Positions 13,301-26,051 of a DNA stretch of 64,000 nucleotides are shown one piece after another. Each line of letters opens with the position of its first letter. Position 1 is the first letter of the stretch. The DNA is from Eledone cirrhosa (lineage: Eukaryota): contig OZ024741.1 in assembly GCA_964016885.1 (NCBI GenBank), forward strand, positions 241,056,001 to 241,120,000, given 5' to 3'. A program made the position numbers and the translations under genes. The notes under the pieces are model-generated. The model was not told where the DNA came from. It made no database searches and saw only the letters and a program-made list of their open reading frames with translations.

Positions 13301-13502
13301 TCAAATGCTATTAATAATAACTTTGAAAATTGAGTAAAAAACCCTGTAATGGTAAAAAGTCACCAACTGCTGTAGCTACATTTTTTTCCCTCCATAGGAG
13401 TATACCCGATTTTCTAAGCTATTATATATAGCAATCCATTGTGGTTACAGTTATTTTCAGCATTTGTGATTCCTACATTTTCTTAGTATATATATATATA
13501 TA

Positions 13503-13651
13503 TATAACGAAGGAAATGTGGTAAGGAACCAGGTGGACCATAACACACCAAAGTACTCAATACTTAGGGTAGTAGAGTGGGTAATAGGAACGAGTAGGAC
13601 CCCGACGGCTGAGCTCAAGCCGTTTCGACGGCTAATCCTACTCGTTCCTAT
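13503..13651 (-). mobile_element. Hammerhead-family fold-back element, short form
   Basis: Tail tataacgaaggaaatgtgg.., partial hammerhead, and a short inverted copy tcctactcgttccta. Sits in (TA)n. Confidence 0.82.
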
Positions 13652-13723
<72 letters not shown>

Positions 13724-13724
<1 letters not shown>

Positions 13725-14100
13725 TAGAAGGGGTATTTAATTTGTTGGAAGTCAGACAAATATAAATGTTTATAACTGATTTAGAGCACTCAACAGTTTA
13801 GTGGAGTAAATATTCAATGATATTAAATAAATGGAAACTATATTTATAAAACCATAAATAAATGGTTGTTTTTCAATTATTTACATATTCATTTGCATAT
13901 TCACCCATAAGTTTGAAAAATCCTTAATATATTTCCACTATCCAGAGAATATCCAACCGATAAGGTATGATTTTCATGGGTATGTCTCTATTTATAAAAC
14001 AAACTTTTTATTTTATCTGAGGAAAGCGTACCAATGTGTCTTGGTACCCTTGAAATATATATAATAAAATAAATATGGTTTTATAAATATAGTTTCCATT

Positions 14101-14104
<4 letters not shown>
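13724..14104. mobile_element. Fold-back element with hammerhead (family of 2940-3303)
   Basis: Inverted repeat 13826-13856 / 14074-14104. Shares agcactcaacagt with ~2999. Confidence 0.7.
14007..14073 (+). ncRNA. Minimal type I hammerhead ribozyme motif
   Basis: TTTATTTTAT-CTGAGGA-AAGCGTACCAA(tgtgtc)TTGGTACCCTT-GAAA-TATATA-TA-ATAAAATAAA. Confidence 0.8.
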
Positions 14105-14137
<33 letters not shown>

Positions 14138-14518
14138 TTTCTTATTTTACGTCTTTTATATTATTGTTCTGCATCCTCCTGCATTGAACCACCTAGGTAC
14201 TATGACATAACCTGTGTATTTGCTGGCATAGGCGTGCATCTGTGCGCTTATGTTAGTTGATATATTAAATTATCTATATATATATATATATATATATACA
14301 TGCTAAATCTGTGGCCGCCTTCTTGTCTCTCTGCCTTTTCAGCCCATGGATTATATTCCTTTGTTAAATTTCGAATACCTGATGATGTCACCACATACTG
14401 AACCCGGTCATTGAAATGTTCATAGTGTAAAAAACCTTTAAGGAATTACACCAGTCCAGCCTCCTGTTATTTTATAATAATTAACTCCGTACTCGCACCA
14501 CCAACAACACAAACGAAG

Positions 14519-14568
14519 TCTAGCCGTCAAAACGGCCAGAACTCAGCCGTCGGGGTCTTGACTCTTTT

Positions 14569-14572
<4 letters not shown>
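14519..14572 (+). mobile_element. Hammerhead-family end (ggccagag subfamily)
   Basis: ctagccgtcaaaacggccagaactcagccgtcggggtcttgactcttttccta followed by (TA)n. Confidence 0.75.
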
Positions 14573-14644
<72 letters not shown>

Positions 14645-14925
14645 TATAAGTGTGTGTCTGTGTGTGCTTGTATATGTGTTATTGAGGAGATAGTCGGTCA
14701 TTTTGAGTATTTGTCAATTGTTATGTAGGTGGTCAGTAGTTGCGGTCATTGTACAATCTGTGGAGATGTCAACTGTGATGTTTTTTTTTTTGTTATTTAC
14801 TGTTATTTGTTATTATTATTATTTTTTTTTTTTATGGAAAAAATTGAAGATACCTGACTGGATTTAATGTATGGTTTATGTGCCAATGTTGTATATCCTT
14901 GGTTGTTGTGTTGGATGTTGTTAAT

Positions 14926-14967
<42 letters not shown>

Positions 14968-15079
14968 TTGATGATGTTGATGAGGAGAAGGAAGGTCCAG
15001 GGAAGGGGAAGAGGTGCTGGAAGACAACTTTAGAAAATCTTCTTCAATCTATTCATCTTTATAGTCCCATTTTTTGTTG

Positions 15080-18000
15080 TGTGTGTGTATGTATGTCTGT
15101 ATGTGTATGTGTGACCAAGTGTATGTATGTGTGTTGTGTGTGTTGGAGAAGTGTATGTTTGTATGTGTATGTGTGGCCAAGTGTATGTATGTGTGTTGGA
15201 GAGGTGTATGTATGTATGTGTATGTGTGACCAAGTGTATGTATGTGTGTTGTGTGTGTTGGAGAAGTGTATGTCTGTATGTGTATGTGTGACCAAGTGTA
15301 TGTATGTGTGTTGGAGAGGTGTATGTCTGTATGTGTATGTGTGACCAAGTGTATGTATGTGTGTTGGAGAAGTGTATGTCTGTATGTGTATGTGTGACCA
15401 AGTGTATGTATGTGCGTTGGAGAAGTGTATGTCTGTATGTGTATGTGTGACCAAGTGTATGTATGTGTGTTGTGTGTGTTGGAGAAGTGTATGTCTGTAT
15501 GTGTATGTGTGACCAAGTGTATGTATGTGTGTTGGAGAAGTGTATGTATGTCTGTATGTGTATGTGTGACCAAGTGTATGTATGTGTGTTGTGTGTGTTG
15601 GAGAAGTGTATGTCTGTATGTGTATGTGTGACCAAGTGTATGTATGTGTGTTGGAGAAGTGTATGTCTGTATGTGTATGTGTGACCAAGTGTATGTACGT
15701 GTGTTGGAGAAGTGTATGTCTGTATGTGTATGTGTGACCAAGTGTATGTACGTGTGTTGGAGAAGTGTATGTCTGTATGTGTATGTGTGACCAAGTGTAT
15801 GTATGTGTGTTGGAGAAGTGTATGTCTGTATGTGTATGTGTGACCAAGTGTATGTATGTGTGTTGGAGAAGTGTATGTCTGTATGTGTATGTGTGACCAA
15901 GTGTATGTATGTGTGTTGGAGAAGTGTATGTCTGTATGTGTATGTGTGACCAAGTGTATGTATGTGTGTTGGAGAAGTGTATGTTTGTATGTGTATGTGT
16001 GACCAAGTGTATGTACGTGTGTTGGAGAAGTGTATGTCTGTATGTGTATGTGTGACCAAGTGTATGTATGTGTGTTGGAGAAGTGTATGTCTGTATGTGT
16101 ATGTGTGACCAAGTGTATGTATGTGTGTTGGAGAAGTGTATGTTTGTATGTGTATGTGTGACCAAGTGTATGTACGTGTGTTGGAGAAGTGTATGTCTGT
16201 ATGTGTATGTGTGACCAAGTGTATGTATGTGTGTTGGAGAAGTGTATGTTTGTATGTGTATGTGTGACCAAGTGTATGTATGTGTGTTGGAGAAGTGTAT
16301 GTCTGTATGTGTATGTGTGGCCAAGTGTATGTACGTGTGTTGGAGAAGTGTATGTCTGTATGTGTATGTGTGACCAAGTGTATGTATGTGTGTTGGAGAA
16401 GTGTATGTTTGTATGTGTATGTGTGGCCAAGTGTAAGTATGTGTGTTATGTGTGTTGGAGAAGTGTATGTTTGTATGTGTATGTGTGACCAAGTGTGTGT
16501 ATGTGTGTTGGAGAAGTGTATGTTTGTATGTGTATGTGTGACCAAGTGTGTGTATGTGTGTTGGAGAAGTGTATGTTTGTATGTGTATGTGTGACCAAGT
16601 GTATGTATGTGTGTTAGGTGTGTTGGAGAAGTGTATGTTTGTCTGTATGTGTGACCAAGTGTATGTATGTGTGTCGGAGAAGTGTATGTCTGTATGTGTA
16701 TGTGTGACCAAGTGTATGTATGTGTGTCGGAGAAGTGTATGTCTGTATGTGTATGTGTGACCAAGTGTATGTATATGTGTTGGAGAAGTGTATGTCTGTA
16801 TGTGTATGTGTGACCAAGTGTGTGTATGTGTGTTGGAGAAGTGTATGTCTGTATGTGTATGTGTGACCAAGTGTGTGTATGTGTGTTGGAGAAGTGTATG
16901 TCTGTATGTGTATGTGTGACCAAGTGTGTGTATGTGTGTTGGAGAAGTGTATGTCTGTATGTGTATGTGTGACCAAGTGTGTGTATGTGTGTTGGAGAAG
17001 TGTATGTCTGTATGTGTATGTGTGACCAAGTGTGTGTATGTGTGTTGGAGAAGTGTATGTCTGTATGTGTATGTGTGACCAAGTGTGTGTATGTGTGTTG
17101 GAGAAGTGTATGTCTGTATGTGTATGTGTGACCAAGTGTGTGTATGTGTGTTGGAGAAGTGTATGTCTGTATGTGTATGTGTGACCAAGTGTGTGTATGT
17201 GTGTTGGAGAAGTGTATGTCTGTATGTGTATGTGTGACCAAGTGTGTGTATGTGTGTTGGAGAAGTGTATGTCTGTATGTGTATGTGTGACCAAGTGTGT
17301 GTATGTGTGTTGGAGAAGTGTATGTCTGTATGTGTATGTGTGACCAAGTGTGTGTATGTGTGTTGGAGAAGTGTATGTCTGTATGTGTATGTGTGACCAA
17401 GTGTGTGTATGTGTGTTGGAGAAGTGTATGTCTGTATGTGTATGTGTGACCAAGTGTGTGTATGTGTGTTGGAGAAGTGTATGTCTGTATGTGTATGTGT
17501 GACCAAGTGTGTGTATGTGTGTTGGAGAAGTGTATGTCTGTATGTGTATGTGTGACCAAGTGTGTGTATGTGTGTTGGAGAAGTGTATGTCTGTATGTGT
17601 ATGTGTGACCAAGTGTGTGTATGTGTGTTGGAGAAGTGTATGTCTGTATGTGTATGTGTGACCAAGTGTGTGTATGTGTGTTGGAGAAGTGTATGTCTGT
17701 ATGTGTATGTGTGACCAAGTGTGTGTATGTGTGTTGGAGAAGTGTATGTCTGTATGTGTATGTGTGACCAAGTGTGTGTATGTGTGTTGGAGAAGTGTAT
17801 GTCTGTATGTGTATGTGTGACCAAGTGTATGTATGTGTGTTGGAGAAGTGTATGTCTGTATGTGTATGTGTGACCAAGTGTATGTATGTGTGTTGGAGAA
17901 GTGTATGTCTGTATGTGTATGTGTGACCAAGTGTGTGTATGTGTGTTGGAGAAGTGTATGTCTGTATGTGTATGTGTGACCAAGTGTATGTATGTGTGTT

Positions 18001-18430
18001 GGAGAAGTGTATGTCTGTATGTGTATGTGTGACCAAGTGTATGTATGTGTGTTGGAGAAGTGTATGTCTGTATGTGTATGTGTGACCAAGTGTATGTACG
18101 TGTGTTGGAGAAGTGTATGTCTGTATGTGTATGTGTGACCAAGTGTATGTACGTGTGTTGGAGAAGTGTATGTCTGTATGTGTATGTGTGACCAAGTGTA
18201 TGTACGTGTGTTGGAGAAGTGTATGTCTGTATGTGTATGTGTGACCAAGTGTATGTATGTGTGTTGGAGAAGTGTATGTCTGTATGTGTATGTGTGACCA
18301 AGTGTGTGTATGTGTGTTGGAGAAGTGTATGTCTGTATGTGTATGTGTGACCAAGTGTATGTATGTGTGTTGGAGAAGTGTATGTCTGTATGTGTATGTG
18401 TGACCAAGTGTATGTATGTGTGTTGGAGAA
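15080..18430. repeat. 53-bp minisatellite, about 60 copies
   Basis: GACCAAG recurs at 16812, 16865, 16918 and so on. Unit gaccaagtgt(a/g)tgtatgtgtgttggagaagtgtatgtctgtatgtgtatgtgt. Confidence 0.97.
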
Positions 18431-18493
18431 AGCAGTTCACTCCTACTTTTCATTGACACTACCACTTTCTGATATGGAAATATATGTCCATAT

Positions 18494-18539
<46 letters not shown>

Positions 18540-18637
18540 TTTATATATTTGCACATATATGCACACTTATATAATTGCATGTATCTTACCTTTTTTGATA
18601 TTAGCTTAAAAATTAAAAAACAAAAAAGTGTTTGTTT

Positions 18638-18716
<79 letters not shown>

Positions 18717-19079
18717 ATACATATATATATATATTTGTGTGTGTATATGTATGTATGTATATATATATATATATATATGCACACACACACACACATATAT
18801 GTACATATATATATATACATATACATACACATATGTATATATGCATGTGTACATGTGTGTTTGATGTATTCATATGCATGTATGTAGTATACAAATTTAT
18901 AAACATATTAGAGTTGATGTTGTTGTCACGCCCCACAATTACAGAGCAGAGTCCATACTCGGTGTTTTACTCTACCCTATCAATTATGGGACCGAGGCAG
19001 ATCAAAGGGGACAACTAACGTTATTGCTGGAGTGTCTTGTAATTAATGTTTAATGAAACACTATTATAGAATGACATAT

Positions 19080-20340
19080 TGTGATGGTGGTGGTGGATGG
19101 TGCTGGTGATGGTGGTGGTGGTGGTGGTGATGGTGGTGGTGGCGGTGATGGTGGTGGTGGTGGTGGTGGTGGTGGTGGTGATGGTGGTGGTGATGGTGGT
19201 GGTGGTGATGGTGGTGGTGGTGGTGGTGGTGATGGTGGTGGTGGTGGTGGATGGTGGATGGTGCTGGTGATGGTGGTAATGGTGGCGGTGATGGTGGTGG
19301 TGGTGGTGGTGATGGTGGTGGTGATGGTGGTGGTGATGGTGGTGGTGGTGGTGGTGATGGTGGTGGTGATGGTGCTGGTGGATGGTGGTGGTGATGGTGG
19401 TGGTGGTGATGGTGATGGCGGTGGTGGATTGTGCTGGTGGTGGTGGTGGTGGTGGTGGTGGTGGTGGTAGTGGTTGTCGTGTGGTGGTGATGGTGCTGGT
19501 GATGGTGGTGGTGGTGGTGATGGTGGCAGTGATGGTGGTGGTTGTCGTGTGGTGGTGGTGGTGATGGTGATGGTGATGGTGGTAGTGATGGTGGTGGTTG
19601 TCGTGATGGTGGTGGTGATGGCGGTGGTTGTTGTGAAGGTAGTAGCAGCAGTGATGGGGGTTGTGGTGTGGTTGTGGTGGTGGTGGAAGTGTGTTGGTGG
19701 TGGTGGGTTATTGTTGTGTGGTGGTGGGGTGATGATGGTGGCAGTGGTGGTCATGATGGTGGTGATGGCAGGTGGTGGTGGTGGGGAGTTGTCGTGGTGG
19801 TAGTGGTGGTCATGGTCATGGTGTTGGTTGTGGTGGTGGTAGTAGTAGAAGTAGTGCTACTGGTGGTGGTGGTGGTGGTTGTCGTGGTGGTGGTTGTGGT
19901 GATGGTCATGGTGTTGGTTGGGGTGGTGGTAGTAGTAGAAGTAGTGCTACTGGTGGTTTTGTGGTGGTGGTGGTTGTCGTGGTGGTGATGGTCATGGTGG
20001 TGGTGTTGGTTGTGGTGGTGGTAGTAGTAGAAGTAGTGCTGGTGGTGATGGTGGTGGTGGTGGTGGTCGTCGTGATGGTGGGGGTGATGATGGTAATGGT
20101 GGTGGTGGTTGTGTTGGTGGTGTTGATGGTGGTAGCAGTAGTAGTAGTACTGCATGTGGTGGTTTTGTGGTGGTGATGGTGGTTGTTTTGCTGGTGATGG
20201 TGACGATGGTCATAGTGGTGATTATGATGATGATGGTGGTGGTGGTGGTGTTGGTGGTGGTGGTGGTGGAGGTGGTGGTTCTGGTGGTTGTTTTGGTGAT
20301 GATCATGATGGCAGTGGTGGTGGTGGTTCTGCTGCTGGTG
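19080..20340. repeat. (GGT/GAT)n low-complexity repeat
   Basis: Direct inspection. Confidence 0.95.
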
Positions 20341-20379
20341 AAGTGAATGACAAGAAGGGATGGGAGAAGCATGATGGTA

Positions 20380-20986
20380 GATAATGAGAGATAGGGGGAA
20401 GAATAGGAAGGAAGGAAAATATGAAGAATATAAAAAGGAAGGAACTTTGGCAGAAAGAAAGAAAATGAAAGAGAGAGAGAAATATAGAAAGAGAGAGGGA
20501 GAGAGATAGGGGGAGACAGGGAAGAAAGGAATGTAAGAGAAAGAGAGGAGGGAGAAAAGAAGGGAGGGGAGAAAAAAAAGAAGGGAGGGGAGAAAAAAGA
20601 GTAAGAGAGAGGGGGAGAGAGTGGGGACAGTAGAGAAAGAAAGAAACAGAGAGAGAGATAAAGAGAGAGAGAGAGAGATAAAGAGAAAGAGAGAGCAAGA
20701 GAACTGGAGAAATTTGAAAAGATTTAAAGGAAGTGCGAGTTGTGGGGTTGTCATGGATAAAATAAAGAAAAATCAGGGTTTGTATGAGCAATGTTTGTAG
20801 AGAGTAAGGGATGAAAGTGAGGAAGAAAGACAGAACTCTAGGGAGAGGGAAAGAAGAAATATAGAGAAGGAAATAGAGGAAGGGAAACAAAGGAGAAAAG
20901 AAAGAGAGAGAAAGAGTTGAAAAAAAAGAAGACATCACTTTAATGAAAAAAAGAAAAATAAGTATGAAAAGAAAGAGGTCTGAGGG

Positions 20987-21056
<70 letters not shown>

Positions 21057-21062
21057 GAGAGA
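20380..21062. repeat. Purine-rich (GA) low-complexity tract
   Basis: Direct inspection. Confidence 0.9.
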
Positions 21063-21078
21063 ATGGTTGATATATATA

Positions 21079-21157
21079 CAGAGTGTCCACAAAAAACGTA
21101 TACACACTTCAGCAGGATTCTAATAGAAGATTGTATACATTTTTTGGGGAACACCCT
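21079..21157. mobile_element. Tiny Tc1-type MITE
   Basis: TIRs cagagtgtccacaaaaaacgtataca / tgtatacattttttggggaacaccct. Related to 45913-46012. Confidence 0.7.
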
Positions 21158-21207
21158 CTCTCTCTCTCTCTCGCTCTCTCTATATATATATATATATACA
21201 CACACAT

Positions 21208-21722
21208 ATCATCATCATCATCATCATCGTTTAACGTCCATATTCCACGCTTGCATGGGTTTGGACGGGAATTGTCCCACTTGAGGCAAGAGTGGTTGTC
21301 TTGCTCGTATAGGACTGTCTGGCGGGTTTTCTACGGCTGGATGCCCTTCCTAACACCAACCACATTTACAGTGTGGGACTGGGAGGTTTTTACCATGTTA
21401 CCTACACGGCCACATTACAGCGTGGACTGTGTGTTTTTTTTGTCGTGACACCTACATGACCTCATTTGTTTCGGGCTGGATGTTGTGGTACCAACATAAC
21501 TTTACATTGAAAGGGGTGGTGTGGATGGGGTGTGGGCGTAGTGGGACGGGGCTGTATTTTGTTAGAGGTGCCTACTGACTGTAGTAGGTTTCACTTTGTA
21601 CTTAGGTAAAGTGGGTCTTCTCTATTACTGTGTAGCGCCAAAGATCTTGGTCCAGTGACATTGTCTTGGAGAGGTGTAAGTGTGTGAAGTCGGAATTTAT
21701 CAAGTCATCCCAGGTTTTTCTG

Positions 21723-21726
<4 letters not shown>
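21208..21726 (-). mobile_element. RTE LINE 3' fragment (family of 49431-51319)
   Basis: Reverse complement of ~50800-51319, with an (ATG)n tail. Confidence 0.92.
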
Positions 21727-21753
<27 letters not shown>

Positions 21754-21754
<1 letters not shown>

Positions 21755-21877
21755 GGTTATGTAATAAACAACATAAGATAATTATTTCGTTTACCAGTGG
21801 TTTCTTGAAAGCAAACAAAATTTGCTTTTAGTCATCAGAATGAAAAAATCCTGGTGTATTTATTGACTAGATTTTAA

Positions 21878-21880
<3 letters not shown>
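21754..21880 (-). mobile_element. Short hammerhead-containing element in (TA)n
   Basis: Reverse complement of 46375-46500. Hammerhead at 21785-21845. Confidence 0.8.
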
Positions 21881-21937
<57 letters not shown>

Positions 21938-21952
21938 TTATATTTATATATA

Positions 21953-22150
21953 TATAACGAAGGAAGTGTGGTAAGGAACCAGATGGACCATAACGCACTA
22001 GAGTACTCAATACTTAGGGTAGTAGAGTGGGTAATAGAAAAAATGTTTGACCCTGACGGCAGAATTCAAGCCATTTCGACGGCTATTTCAGTCCAGAAAT
22101 AGCCGTCGAAATGGCTTGAGCTCTGCTGTCGGGGTCAAACATTTTCCTAT
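21953..22150 (-). mobile_element. Hammerhead-family fold-back element, medium form
   Basis: Tail plus ~57-bp arms centred near 22092. Confidence 0.85.
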
Positions 22151-22360
22151 ATATATATATGTGTGTAAAAACACTAACACATACAATTATTACATTTATA
22201 TATAGATATGTATGTATATATATATACCTATATATATATACCTATATATGTAACTATGTATATTGGTGAAAATGTGACACACACAATACCACACATTCTC
22301 ATTTGCAAACACACACACACACAAACGCACACATATATATATACATGCACACATTAAATG

Positions 22361-23586
22361 ATATGTAAAAGAAACCAAAGAATACTTACATACTCAAATA
22401 GTCTTTATTCACTTACAATGTTTCATCCTCACCTTTTGGCAGGAATCATCAGAGCCTAATAAATACAGTGTTGAGTATAAGCTCCACAAAAACCTAGTCA
22501 CACGAACAATCAGAATAAAGATAGGGAGATTGGAGATAGCTAACAAAGAGGTGCATGCTGGGGTTGTTAAGCATTACTGCTAAATGCCAAGGCACAAGCG
22601 GATTCAACAAGATGAAGATATACCTTGTGTATGTATATTATGGTGGTGATTCGGATTACTGTGGTCTTTCGGGATGTACCAAAAGGAACTCTTTACGCCT
22701 ATATATAGGCTACCGAGATCCTACTCACTCGTGTTACTAGGGACTAGCGCTTGTAATCTTTTGCTTTCTCTATGTGCTCATAACATATAACTTTTTCTTA
22801 ATTTCTTAAATATTTTTAATTCTTTTTAATTTTTAATTTTATTATATTATTATATTATTTTATTATCTTATCTTTTATTACTTTAGTATCCGAGGTTAAC
22901 TTTGCCTTTCATCCTTACGGGGTTGATAAAATAAAGTACCAGTGATATACTGGGTAATTGCTGGCCTTGTGCCAAAAGTAGAAACAATTATAATATAATA
23001 TAATATATTTTATATAATTTTTTTTTTTTATTTATTTAGTTTTTTTAATTTTATTATTTTTCATTATATTTTATTAATTGTTTTTAATTATTTTACTTTA
23101 TTTTAATTTATTTTAATTTATTTTAATTTATTTTATTTTATTTTATTTTATTGTCTTTATTATTTTTATATATTTTTTATTACTTTATTATAATTTATAT
23201 TATGTTTTAACCTTTGCCTGTATTTTTTATGTATTTTTTATGTATTTTTTATGTATTTTTATGTACTTTTTGATGCTTTTGCACTTTTTGCTTTTACATT
23301 CTGTATTTTTTGTGTGCCATCTATTATATCTTCATCTTGTTGAATCCGCTTGTGCCTTGGCATTTAGCAGTAATGCTTAACAACCCCAGCATGCATCTCT
23401 TTGTTAGCCATCTCCAATCTCCCTATCTTTATTCTGATTGTTCATGTGACTAGGTTTTTGTGGAGCTTATACTCAACACTGTATTTATTAGGCTCTGATG
23501 ATTCCTGCCAAAAGGTGAGGATGAAACATTGTAAGTGAATAAAGACTGTTTGAGTATGTAAGCGTTCTTTGGTTTCTTTTGCATAT
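22361..23586. mobile_element. Fold-back element with ~260-bp arms (22361-22622 / 23325-23586), a hammerhead in each arm
   Basis: CT-CTGATGA-ttcctgccaaaaggtgaggat-GAAA-CATTG-TA-AG at 23493-23535, mirrored at 22404-22463. The spacer holds a SINE B piece (~22885-22990). Confidence 0.8.
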
Positions 23587-24609
23587 AACGACTCTGTTCT
23601 TGTACATTGAGCTAACACAATACTGCCATAATACAGTACGGTGCATGTGCTTATGCATATATGCTCTGTGCTTTACATAAATAAATACATTAAATGATAT
23701 ACATTTCACATATTTTTAAAAGTCACTTTCAATTGTTAGTTTTCATTTCATTTCTCTTGTCAAAGAAAGGGAAGATGAAAGAAAATATGAGAAAGAGAGG
23801 GGGAATGAAATATGTAGAGAGATGGTAATAGAATACGATAGAGAAAAACTGAGAAAAAGTGGAATTTAAAGAGATAGAGGCACACAGCAAGAGAGTGAAA
23901 AATAAAAGTAGAAGAAAGCAGTTCATTTAAAATTTGAAGATGTGTTATTCGTAGGCAATGTTATCCATTATTTAATATACATTTATTGATATGTGTGTGT
24001 ATTGTGTATTGCTAAAATAAAGAGAATAAGACATTTATTCACAAAAACAGTTTGTTTCAAAACCCTTATTCTGTAAACTTCTATAGTAACTCACAGTGTA
24101 TCTAATTTCAAGAGAAAATACACAGATTTTCTAATTTATTTATCAAACATTTTGTAATATGTGCTAAAATATATAAGTATTGTTACTTTCATAAAATACA
24201 TCATCAGATATCTCTGCTAGTTTAATAATAAAATATTATATTCTGGTCTTAGTCAAAAGGTTGAAAACAATAATTTGTAAATCTGATAGTTCCTGCTGCC
24301 CATCGAATATGATGACTCATAGTGTTATATAAACACATATACACCTGAGCCATCTAAAATGACAGCTATATTTTTTTCTTGTTAATAAGATATATTACTT
24401 GTCCAGTTAATAATTTGCATATATGTATGGACTGTATAACCAATGTAGAAGTCATAGGGTCACTGTTGTGATATTATGGCTTGACTTGGGTACTTCAAAC
24501 TTGGCAGAGCCTATCTCTTCACAAGGTTTAAATACAGCCAATTTCTTCCAAAGAAAGAGAAAGAGATGATGTGTGAGAGAGGAAGTGAGAAAGAGATATC
24601 AAGAAAGAA

Positions 24610-24752
24610 ATTTACCTCAGTGTGTTGGACTGGTACTTTTTTTAATTGACCTTGAAAGGATGAAAGGCAAAATTGAGCTCAGCTGGATTTGAACTCAGAG
24701 TAGAGTGCCAGGATGAATATACAAAGGATTCTATCTTATATTCTAATGACTG
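24610..24752 (-). mobile_element. Old SINE B copy
   Basis: ctggtactt..gaaaggatgaaaggcaaa..ggatttgaactcag. Confidence 0.7.
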
Positions 24753-25526
24753 AATGGTTTACTTCTAGTCAGGACCGGATTTATTGAAAGGGTGTTGGAG
24801 ACAAAGGCCGTGACAGCTCATCAAACAGCCCCCACATACACAAACACTCACACTCTAAACAGGTACTCTTTTTCAAGCAGGGCCTCCACTTCAAACAGAG
24901 CTCCTGCTACCTTTTAACAATGGGGCTCTGATCATAAACATAATTTTATCTTTCAGACAGTCACATTTTAATTCTCTCACTCTCAATCACCTTTTCTCTG
25001 TTTGCCACGTACTGCAGTTTATTAAACACTCTATCTTTTCATTCATTTACATTTTGCTTCTACCATAAACAGGGGTTACTTTGAATGTACTTTGAAAAAA
25101 AACAATAAAAACTCTTTATGCCACCATAGTTTCTTACATTATATTATTTTGGAAAAAAGTCTTGAAAAATTGAAACTTTCATTATCATTTAAACTTTCTT
25201 TTAAAGTATTTCCTTTAAATGACTTTAAATTCCGTAAAAATATGTAAATTATGTAGGCAACACACAGACGCTGAAATATTGACTTTCAGTCTGATTAAAG
25301 GGAATAAATGTGTGTTTTGTATATATTTTTACATTTGATGCATTCTTAATATGTTTTTAATTGATTCTGTAAATTACATTTCAATTGGATGTATGGTTCA
25401 GCTACAAAATCCGTGTAATTCAGACTTTTTGTCAATCCTGCCAAAATTGAATGTTTAAATATGTCCCACGTTTTTAGTATTTGTTTCTTGCATACTGTCT
25501 TTTTATTATTATTATTATTATTATTG

Positions 25527-25732
25527 TAGGGTGGTGGATTGCCAGTATCGGTAGAGAGTCGGACCCCGTGCTTTGTAGCAAAGAGTTACGGCCCTTTATG
25601 ATCTGAGTTCAAATCCCGCGGAGGTTAACTTTGCCTTTCATCCTTACGGGGTCGATAAAATAAAGTACCAGTAATACACTGGGATAAATGCTGGCCTTGT
25701 TCCAAAAGTAGAAACAATTATTATTATTATAA
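25527..25732 (+). mobile_element. SINE family B, full length
   Basis: A-box-like tggattgccagtatcgg, B-box gagttcaaatcc, (ATT)n on both sides. Confidence 0.92.
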
Positions 25733-25986
25733 TTATCTATGATATATAGCAGAAATTTTATATATTTCCTGGGTTACATATGCCGTACATCCACTTTCCC
25801 TATCAAATATTCAATTTTACAACCAAACAATTCACTTATTTGCTGTTTTGAAGTGTAATCATATATATCACTCCATTAGTTTTATGTATAATTAAATATT
25901 CTATTTGTCATAATTTTTGTGAAATTTATACTTCAATTAAAATATCAATAAAATGTTTTATACATATACCTTTTACTCCGTAATGT

Positions 25987-26051
25987 ACAGTTATGTTTAG
26001 TATTCAAAGTAGCTCCGATGTGAGGCTACTTTGAAGACTAAACATAACTGT
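25987..26051. other. 65-nt near-perfect hairpin
   Basis: acagttatgtttagtattcaaagtagc / gctactttgaagactaaacataactgt, one mismatch. Confidence 0.8.

Noticed and set aside
14370-14425. CTGATGA...GAAA pair
   Set aside because: Stems I-III could not be formed.
15080-18430. CRISPR-like regular array
   Set aside because: There are no unique spacers and no cas genes, and the context is eukaryotic.
15030-18507. 466-1152 aa His/Thr/Tyr ORFs
   Set aside because: These are translations of the 53-bp minisatellite, which is almost stop-free in all three minus frames by composition.
24170-24215. CTGATGA...GAAA on the minus strand
   Set aside because: No stem III/NUH or stem I pairing, so it is likely chance in AT-rich DNA.
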